Shown here: positions 9,881 through 19,966 of the stretch, piece by piece
How positions within the stretch are numbered: the stretch's first letter is position 1
How the letters are laid out: each line of letters starts with the position of its first letter
NCBI RefSeq assembly: GCF_001735745.1
Contig: NZ_CP017260.1
Coordinates: 1,830,001-1,862,000 of the forward strand
Direction: 5' to 3'
DNA from: Formosa sp. Hel1_33_131
GTDB lineage: Bacteria > Bacteroidota > Bacteroidia > Flavobacteriales > Flavobacteriaceae
Length of the DNA stretch: 32,000 nt
Notes under the pieces: model-generated
Databases searched by the model: none
What the model saw: only the letters and a program-made list of their open reading frames with translations
Told to the model about the DNA's origin: nothing
Translations under genes and position numbers: made by a program

Positions 9881-9999
9881 AAATCGCCTCTTAAAGTTAA
9901 ATTGATTGTAAAAATCAGTCTTTATGCTGTAAAAAAACAAAATAGATTAGATATTTGCTATTTTTGTGCCAACAATAATTTGCTGTTAGAACCTTATAT

Positions 10000-11970
10000 A
10001 TGTATAAATTAGTCTTAATTCTTTTCTGTTTGCTCCTTGGAACTACTGCGTTCTCTCAAGAAAAATTCATTCCGAAGAAGTCAAAAGGGTTGCCTAAAAA
10101 CTTTGAACCCAATCGACAGGGACGAGATTCTATATCCGACCGACCGTCTAAAAAGGTGGTCAAAAATGAAAAAGCGAACATTAAGGATTATTTGATTATT
10201 TCCCGTAAAAACGACACCATCCAGTTGGACACAACCTTGTCTATATATAAGGAGTATAAATTTAATTACCTCCGAAAGGATGATTTTGAGCTTTTGCCGT
10301 TCAGTAATATGGGGCAAACCTATAACACCTTATCAGAAAACTTCAAATCAAATGAGCTTCAGCCATCATTTGGTGCACACGCCAAACACTTCAACTATAT
10401 GGAAGTGGATGATATTAATTACTACCACGTGCCCACGCCACTTACAGAGTTACTATATAAGAGTGGTTTTGAACAAGGTCATTTGTTAGATGCCTTATTT
10501 ACCGTTAACACCTCTAAACAATTTAATTTTTCAATTGCTTACAAAGGCATGCGATCTTTAGGTAAGTACGAGCATATTTTATCTAGCACAGGTAACTTTA
10601 GGTTTACAACAAATTATAAAACCAAAAACAACCGATACGTTGTGCGCACGCACATTGTCATGCAAGATATTTTGAACGAAGAAAATGGGGGACTTTCAGA
10701 CGAGGACCTCCTAAATTTTGAATCTGGCGTAAAAGAATTCTTAGACCGCCCCATATTTGACCCTGTATTTCAAGATGCTCAAAGTAGTTTGGAAGGCAAA
10801 CGATTTTACTTGGACCACTCCTATATACTAAAGGAGCGAGATTCTCTAAATTCTAACAAAATATCCGTAGGGAATATCCTTTCCTTAGAAGATAAATATT
10901 ACCACTTCACACAAGCGACGAGCAACAGCTATTTTGGAGATGCCTTTATTTCGTCCAAAGTTTCAGATAAAGTCACTCTTGAAACCTTTTATGCAGAATT
11001 TAACGCCCGCTATTCCAATAAGACTTTAGGGGCTTTTAAAGTGAATGCAGGCTATACGAACTATAATTATGGATATAACTCTGTTGTGATCCTAAACAAT
11101 CAAAGAATCACCAACCGACTTTTGGGTTCTGTCGTTTCATTTGGGGGAACCTACGAAAAAACCATCGGGGCCTTTGCTTTAAAAGGTGATGTGGGTTTAA
11201 ACCTTACGGGAGATTTAAAAGGAAATTCCCTAAATGTAGAAGCAGCTTACGCCTTTAATGAGGACATGGATATGCGTGCGAGCATCAATTCAAACTCTAA
11301 AGCCCCTGATTTTAACTTTCAGCTGTTTCAAAGTGACTATCTAAACTACAACTGGCAAAACAATTTTAAGAATCAAAATACAAAACAATTAGCGTTCACT
11401 CTTCACTCAAAAAAATTCGGAACCCTCCAATTAGATTACAATACGCTAGATAATTACTTGTATTTCACTAAAGACGCAGCCATAAACGGCGGCGTCAAGC
11501 CCTTTCAGTTTGATAAAACCGTAAACTATATAAGAGCGAAGTTGTCAAATGAAATAAGCTTTCGGAACTTTTCTTTAAACAATACCGTCCTATATCAAAG
11601 TGTCATGGAGGGTGAAGAGGTGTATAATGTCCCTCAAATAGTCACGCGACACTCCTTATACTATACAAACGAGTTCTTCAAAAAGGCTTTATTCCTACAA
11701 ACAGGAGTCACGTTTAGTTATTTTTCTAGCTATTATATGAACCGATACGATCCATTACTTGCAGAATTCTATGTACAAAACACCACAGAAGTGGGCGATT
11801 TCCCACGGATTGACTTTTTTATCAATGCCAAAATCCGCCAAACACGCCTCTTTTTAAAGGCCGAACACCTCAATTCGTCCTTTACAGGCTATAATTTCTA
11901 CTCCGCTCCTAACTATCCTTACCGAGATTTCGTAGTACGCTTCGGAATTGTGTGGAATTTCTTTCTATAA
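10000..11970 (+). CDS. Putative outer-membrane porin / beta-barrel protein
   Basis: 656-aa ORF with a signal peptide (LLLGTTAFSQE). It has alternating beta-strand character rich in Y/N/F and an aromatic C-terminus (GIVWNFFL) typical of OM beta-barrels. It resembles the Bacteroidota 'putative porin' family. Confidence 0.7.
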   Translation: MYKLVLILFCLLLGTTAFSQEKFIPKKSKGLPKNFEPNRQGRDSISDRPSKKVVKNEKANIKDYLIISRKNDTIQLDTTLSIYKEYKFNYLRKDDFELLPFSNMGQTYNTLSENFKSNELQPSFGAHAKHFNYMEVDDINYYHVPTPLTELLYKSGFEQGHLLDALFTVNTSKQFNFSIAYKGMRSLGKYEHILSSTGNFRFTTNYKTKNNRYVVRTHIVMQDILNEENGGLSDEDLLNFESGVKEFLDRPIFDPVFQDAQSSLEGKRFYLDHSYILKERDSLNSNKISVGNILSLEDKYYHFTQATSNSYFGDAFISSKVSDKVTLETFYAEFNARYSNKTLGAFKVNAGYTNYNYGYNSVVILNNQRITNRLLGSVVSFGGTYEKTIGAFALKGDVGLNLTGDLKGNSLNVEAAYAFNEDMDMRASINSNSKAPDFNFQLFQSDYLNYNWQNNFKNQNTKQLAFTLHSKKFGTLQLDYNTLDNYLYFTKDAAINGGVKPFQFDKTVNYIRAKLSNEISFRNFSLNNTVLYQSVMEGEEVYNVPQIVTRHSLYYTNEFFKKALFLQTGVTFSYFSSYYMNRYDPLLAEFYVQNTTEVGDFPRIDFFINAKIRQTRLFLKAEHLNSSFTGYNFYSAPNYPYRDFVVRFGIVWNFFL

Positions 11971-12060
11971 CCCCCTTGCTCTAACCACTTGTAATTCAGC
12001 AGATAGAAACGGGTAAAAAAAATAAACAAAAAAACACAAAAAATAAATCTTGTTTAGGGT

Positions 12061-12087
12061 AAAAAAGGTTGTATGTTTGCAGCCGCT
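12061..12087 (+). promoter_or_regulatory. rRNA operon promoter P1 (Bacteroidota -33/-7 type)
   Basis: TATGTTTG at 12072-12079 fits the Bacteroidota -7 consensus TAnnTTTG, with a TTG 19 nt upstream. It is embedded in a 27-nt block AAAAAAGGTTGTATGTTTGCAGCCGCT that recurs at P2. Confidence 0.6.
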
Positions 12088-12187
12088 AAAAAACGGTAGT
12101 AGATTATTAAAAGTTCTTTGATTAATTGTGGTGTTATAAGGTTTGAAAAAAAAGATAATTTTATTTTCAAAAAGCATTGCGATAACC

Positions 12188-12214
12188 AAAAAAGGTTTTA
12201 TATTTGCAGCCGCT
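12188..12214 (+). promoter_or_regulatory. rRNA operon promoter P2 (Bacteroidota -33/-7 type)
   Basis: TATATTTG at 12199-12206 fits TAnnTTTG, with a TTG 19 nt upstream. The block AAAAAAGGTTTTATATTTGCAGCCGCT is nearly identical to P1. Confidence 0.6.
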
Positions 12215-12393
12215 TAGGTTCTTAGGGATCTGCGAAAAAGATAAAAAGTTCATTAAACATATTGATTGACAGCGTAAAGAATTAATTGGAAACGATTAAT
12301 TTAATACAGAGAATAAACCATTTTGAGTACAACACATTAAATTTCCTTTAGTTGTTAAGAGTACAGGTTTCTTAAGAGAAACTTTAAAAATTA

Positions 12394-13914
<1,521 letters not shown>

Positions 13915-14005
13915 TAGAGAAAGACGACTAAAGGTAAATTGTGAAGGAAAGAAATTGTTTGTTCTCATAGCTGTTAATTAAAAAAGATACCAATAAAAAA
14001 AGTAG

Positions 14006-14079
14006 AGTCTCATAGCTCAGCTGGTTAGAGCGCTACACTGATAATGTAGAGGTCGGCAGTTCGAGTCTGCCTGAGACTA
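14006..14079 (+). tRNA. tRNA-Ile (anticodon GAU)
   Basis: Hand-folded cloverleaf. The acceptor AGTCTCA pairs with TGAGACT. The anticodon stem-loop is CTACA-CTGATAA-TGTAG and the T arm is GGCAG-TTCGAGT-CTGCC. No encoded CCA. Confidence 0.93.
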
Positions 14080-14204
14080 CTAGTTTTCACCAAGGGCAGA
14101 GAGATTTGCCTGGCTTGCCACGACGCAGGCGTGGAGACTACTAGTTTTCACCAAGGGCAGAGAGATTTGCCTGGCTTGCCACGACGCAGGCGTGGAGACT
14201 ACTA
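14073..14204. repeat. 61-nt tandem direct repeat (2 full copies plus a 10-nt third start) beginning inside the tRNA-Ile 3' acceptor strand
   Basis: GAGACTAC starts at 14073, 14134 and 14195, giving a period of 61. The unit is GAGACTACTAGTTTTCACCAAGGGCAGAGAGATTTGCCTGGCTTGCCACGACGCAGGCGTG, and the two full copies look identical by eye. Each unit contains the hairpin CCACG-acgcagg-CGTGG. Confidence 0.9.
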
Positions 14205-14294
14205 ATTTTTTTATATAATGGAAAATCTAGAAGTTGGGTTAGTTGCGAGTTTTTACTCAAAACTCATAACTAATAACTCATAACTTAAAGAAAT

Positions 14295-14368
14295 GGGGGA
14301 TTAGCTCAGCTGGCTAGAGCGCCTGCCTTGCACGCAGGAGGTCATCGGTTCGACTCCGATATTCTCCA
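14295..14368 (+). tRNA. tRNA-Ala (anticodon UGC)
   Basis: Hand-folded cloverleaf. The acceptor GGGGGAT pairs with ATTCTCC and includes the G3:U70 Ala identity pair. The anticodon loop is CTTGCAC and the T arm is ATCGG-TTCGACT-CCGAT. Confidence 0.93.
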
Positions 14369-14425
14369 CAACGGTTATTGTTACTGATATTATTTATCAG
14401 TGGTGATACGCCACACGATCATTGA

Positions 14426-14445
14426 CATATTGAAAAAGATACATG
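14426..14445 (+). other. 5' strand of the 23S precursor processing stem (pairs with 17424-17444)
   Basis: CATATTGAAAAAGATACATG is complementary to CATGTATTTATTTTCAATATG at 17424-17444, apart from a 1-nt bulge and one mismatch. The two strands bracket the mature 23S, as RNase III processing stems do. Confidence 0.6.
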
Positions 14446-14542
14446 AAACATTAGATATATTTTATATATATTTAATAGAAAAAGTAAATTAAAATTGTTG
14501 CGAGCTAGCAATAATTAGAGTAAACTCATTAAAAAGACAAAA

Positions 14543-17379
<2,837 letters not shown>

Positions 17380-17423
17380 GGACGTTTTTTTATATTACGT
17401 TTACTCATTATTTACTAAGACAT

Positions 17424-17444
17424 CATGTATTTATTTTCAATATG
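17424..17444 (+). other. 3' strand of the 23S precursor processing stem (pairs with 14426-14445)
   Basis: See the partner feature at 14426-14445. The complementarity was read directly from the sequence. Confidence 0.6.
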
Positions 17445-17515
17445 TTAAGAAATTGTTCAGTCAGAAGGCTGAATACTGTAACGACCCTACAAATAGTAGT
17501 AAGTTACAAATAACC

Positions 17516-17623
17516 CTAAGGTGGTTATTGCAATGGGGCTCACCTCTTTCCATCCCGAACAGAGCAGTTAAGCCCATTAGCGCCGATGGTACTACATTTG
17601 TGGAAGAGTAGGTCACCGCCTTT
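17516..17623 (+). rRNA. rrf: 5S ribosomal RNA
   Basis: Conserved CCCATCCCGAACAGAGCAGTTAAGCCC and GCGCCGATGGTACT blocks. Helix I forms between AAGGTGGT (17518-) and ACCGCCTT (-17622). Ends are approximate. Confidence 0.93.
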
Positions 17624-17629
17624 TTTGAG

Positions 17630-17664
17630 AATCCCTAACAGAAATGTTAGGGATTTTTTGTTTT
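17630..17664 (+). terminator. Rho-independent terminator of the rRNA operon
   Basis: Perfect 11-bp stem AATCCCTAACA-gaaa-TGTTAGGGATT (17630-17655), followed by TTTTGTTTT. Confidence 0.85.
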
Positions 17665-17720
17665 ATGGAAGCTTGGAAACTAACGGTAATTAAAAATCAC
17701 ATACTCACTTGTTTTTTAAA

Positions 17721-17804
17721 CCCTCACTACCACGCTAAAGCGTGGCGGCAATGGAGCACGGACTACATGTCCGCGCTAGCGGTTTTTTGGTCAGCTTTAG
17801 CTGA
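17721..17804. repeat. String of short GC-rich hairpin modules
   Basis: Three hairpins: CCACGC-taaa-GCGTGG (17730-17745), CGGAC-tacat-GTCCG (17759-17773) and TCAGC-ttta-GCTGA (17791-17804). A T6 run sits at 17783-17788. The style matches the hairpins at 1472-1583 and in the 61-nt ITS repeat. Confidence 0.5.
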
Positions 17805-17946
17805 ATTTGCTACGTGATTGTATAAGATTGGTTGCTTTGTTTAAGCAATAAAGTTAGTAAATAATTACAGACAAAGAAAATCCGCGAGGATTTTCGTAAG
17901 TAAGCAAAAAGCAAGCAATTAATTTTGTACGGTGTTACCACACGTT
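17804..17946. repeat. Structured inverted-repeat element E1 (143 nt; attC-like or MITE-like), outer left arm degenerate
   Basis: The right outer arm is GTTACCACACGTT (17934-17946). The inner 15-nt arms are GTATAAGATTGGTTG (17820-17834) and CAATTAATTTTGTAC (17916-17930). The central hairpin is GAAAATCC-gcga-GGATTTTC (17876-17895). E1 is homologous to E2 along its length and has the same length. Confidence 0.65.
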
Positions 17947-17977
17947 TTTTTCTTTCAGTTTATTATACTGTTTATAT

Positions 17978-18358
17978 TTATTCATATTGTTGACATTCAA
18001 ATATTAAGTGATTCTTAATTTCGATTGGTTTAACAACAATAGAATTCAGTTTTTGATTTGGAAATCCACCAACGAGATATTTTTCAGATTCCAATTTATC
18101 CATCCATTTTAGAAACTCTTTTAGTTCAACCATTTTCACGATACAATTTTTCCATTCAGTTTTAATTAATTCTTGTGCGAATTCCAATTCTGGCCAGATT
18201 GGAATAATCATTTCGTCATCAGTTCCACAAGTGACATAATTCCCTTTTTTGTCCGCAATCAGAAAAATCTGCTCAAAATCTGCAACTTTTCTTATGAGAT
18301 ATCCATACCGTTCTTTGGACTCAAGTTTGAACACACTTTGTAATTGTTTAATATGCAT
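17978..18358 (-). CDS. DUF2750-like small cytoplasmic protein
   Basis: 126-aa ORF with an ATG start. The pattern ...IFLIADKKGNYV......IIPIWPELEFAQ.....W......VELKEFLKWMDKLE....LVGGFPN resembles DUF2750 as I recall that family. It starts 12 nt after the upstream gene ends, so an operon is likely. Confidence 0.55.
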   Translation of the reverse strand: MHIKQLQSVFKLESKERYGYLIRKVADFEQIFLIADKKGNYVTCGTDDEMIIPIWPELEFAQELIKTEWKNCIVKMVELKEFLKWMDKLESEKYLVGGFPNQKLNSIVVKPIEIKNHLIFECQQYE

Positions 18359-18370
18359 AAAAATTAGTTT

Positions 18371-18898
18371 TCAATTCAGTTTTTTATTTTTCAAAATTTC
18401 AAAACCAAAAAATCCTTTTTGAGTTTCAAATTCAACAGTTTTATAAGAATTCATTTTTTCATAAAATTTAGCATAAAATACTAATTCCTTATTTTTTCCT
18501 TCATAGTTTATTGTAAAAACTGGTTGTTTTTCGCCTGTCGAATATTTTGATCCACCTTTTATCCAAGTTCTCCTAATTATTTCATAAGATTTTTTTTCTA
18601 CATTCTGTTCCGCAAAATAATAGTTTGTAAGTATAAAAATTGAACAAACTATAAAACCAAAACCACAGATATAATGCATCAATGAATAAATGTAAAGTCC
18701 AATTCCACTATATTCATAAGTTTTTCTATAATTTTTGAAGTCAATTATAAAACTAATAATTCCAATAGTTAAAACAATTCCAATTAAAATATTTACATCA
18801 ATAATTGTGTTTCGATAAATAATTGTCTGCCAAACCATTAAAAATAAACCCAAAATAAAAATAGTAGGATAAAATATTTTTCGTTGTTTTTTCGTCAT
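18371..18898 (-). CDS. Membrane protein (about 4 TM helices plus a C-terminal soluble domain), family not recognised
   Basis: ORF-track entry 18371..18949 begins at a TTG. I place the start at ATG 18898 (MTKKQRKIFYPTIF), which leaves the E2 left arm outside the CDS. Confidence 0.6.
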   Translation of the reverse strand: MTKKQRKIFYPTIFILGLFLMVWQTIIYRNTIIDVNILIGIVLTIGIISFIIDFKNYRKTYEYSGIGLYIYSLMHYICGFGFIVCSIFILTNYYFAEQNVEKKSYEIIRRTWIKGGSKYSTGEKQPVFTINYEGKNKELVFYAKFYEKMNSYKTVEFETQKGFFGFEILKNKKLN

Positions 18899-18905
18899 TT
18901 TCGGC

Positions 18906-19048
18906 AATGTGTGGTAACGTTTTTGTATATAGTTTGTTGCGTGTTTCAAGTACCTAATTTAGCAAATACAAACCGAATAGAAAATCCGCAGGAATTTTCC
19001 AAGTAAGCGATAACTAGCAATAAATTATATACGTTGTTACCATACGTT
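18906..19048. repeat. Structured inverted-repeat element E2 (143 nt; attC-like or MITE-like), complete
   Basis: The outer arms are AATGTGTGGTAAC (18906-18918) and GTTACCATACGTT (19036-19048). Spacers are GTTTTT on one side and GTT on the other. The inner arms are GTATATAGTTTGTTG (18925-18939) and CAATAAATTATATAC (19018-19032). The central hairpin is GAAAATCC-gca-GGAATTTTC (18980-18999). E2 fills the whole gap between two minus-strand genes. Confidence 0.7.
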
Positions 19049-19050
19049 TT

Positions 19051-19539
19051 TTATTCCATTTTTTTTAATTCTGATTTTTTTACAACAATTGTATTTCCCC
19101 AAATATCTCCTAACCGTTGATTTTTATCTGTGTTTTTTATTGTTATGAATCCGATTAGTCCAAAAAAGAACATATCGATTGGGTCAAGTAAATGTCTTTT
19201 AAAAGATTGTCCAAAAGTCAGTTTTTCGTCCGTTCCGCTAAAAGTTGTATCGTCAGATGATTTTCGGATAGACACAGGTTTTAGTCCAACTAATAAATTC
19301 CCAAGTGTTGCTCCGAACCATTGCTCAAATCCGATAGTCATTATTCCCCAAAATAGCATTGGAATTAATGCAGGAAGACCATTTAAAGAAAATCCACCTT
19401 CACCGTTTGGTTCTCCAAAAGAATAGCCAAAGTAAAAAAAGAAAGCAAAGATTATAACGTAGTCAACAATTCCTGCTAAAATTCGGTCTCCAATATTTGG
19501 TTCAGTTTTAAATTTAGTAGTTAAGTTTGTTTCGTTCAT
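19051..19539 (-). CDS. RDD-family membrane protein
   Basis: N-terminal R..AG.VD motif (GDRILAGIVDYVIIFAFFF), TM helices, and the C-terminal QRLGDIWGNTIVVKK typical of RDD domains. Start placed at ATG 19539 (MNETNLTT). The ORF-track start at 19551 is a TTG. Confidence 0.7.
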   Translation of the reverse strand: MNETNLTTKFKTEPNIGDRILAGIVDYVIIFAFFFYFGYSFGEPNGEGGFSLNGLPALIPMLFWGIMTIGFEQWFGATLGNLLVGLKPVSIRKSSDDTTFSGTDEKLTFGQSFKRHLLDPIDMFFFGLIGFITIKNTDKNQRLGDIWGNTIVVKKSELKKME

Positions 19540-19550
19540 CGTTTTTCTCA

Positions 19551-19574
19551 AATGTATGGTAACTCGTTATATGG
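19551..19574. repeat. Solo left arm of the E-element family (E3 half-site)
   Basis: AATGTATGGTAAC (19551-19563) followed by tc-GTTATATGG. I could find no matching right arm further right. On the minus strand this reads GTTACCATACATTTG, which contains a TAnnTTTG-type -7 box (TACATTTG) just upstream of the RDD ATG. Confidence 0.55.
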
Positions 19575-19631
19575 AGAACAAACCTCCTGTTTATACGTCT
19601 CTATTTCCGGATAACAGGAACTTTTGTTCTC
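19574..19631. other. Two-tier hairpin upstream of the RDD gene
   Basis: GAGAACAAA (19574-19582) pairs with TTTGTTCTC (19623-31). TCCTGTT (19585-91) pairs with AACAGGA (19613-19). The apical loop is 21 nt. Confidence 0.5.
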
Positions 19632-19937
19632 GTTTATCATTTTTCATTTTTTGTATTCATAACCTTAAGTTTATAGAAATTAATTCAACAACTATGCTGC
19701 TCAATTAACTTTTAAAAACATCACATACCCACATACCACTGCGTTAATCACAGTCCTATAATATCTTACTCTAAAGTTGAATTGGTTAAAATGAAGAATC
19801 AGATATGAGGTCTAAGTCTGGGATAAATGTACTAAAAATTGTTGAACTGCTTACAAAGGTCGTTGTAAGCCCGTGGTGTCTGGTCAGATTTGCGGTGTAA
19901 ATTTTTCACTGCAACGTATTAACTGCTTGATTTATAG

Positions 19938-19964
19938 CACAAAAGAGGGGTGTTGTAGTGCCCC
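19938..19964 (-). terminator. Probable intrinsic terminator of the PLP-enzyme gene
   Basis: On the minus strand, right after the stop codon: GGGG-cactacaaca-CCCC followed by TCTTTTG. The stem is short. Confidence 0.4.
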
Positions 19965-19966
19965 AA

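Noticed and set aside
11965-12189. 74-aa minus-strand ORF in the region upstream of 16S
   Set aside because: It lies across the two rRNA promoter blocks and the A/T-rich leader. The product is Phe/Asn/Lys low-complexity, so it is an artefact of AT-rich sequence.
14073-14204. The 61-nt tandem repeat as a possible CRISPR array
   Set aside because: The repeats are directly contiguous with no spacers. There are only about 2.2 copies, they sit inside the rRNA spacer, and no cas genes are present.
17804-19574. Calling the E elements a bona fide integron
   Set aside because: No intI or any tyrosine recombinase, attI or Pc promoter is visible in the window. The outer arms (TGGTAAC/GTTACCA) share only the AAC/GTT triplets with the RYYYAAC/GTTRRRY consensus. 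Only two full elements are present. The observation is kept as a hypothesis (attC-like or MITE-like), not as an annotation.
19578-19634. 18-codon minus-strand ORF (MKNDKREQKFLLSGNRDV) overlapping the large hairpin, as a possible leader peptide
   Set aside because: It is too short to support from sequence alone. No attenuation-type codon bias or alternative pairing could be identified. It is mentioned only within the noncoding-region finding.
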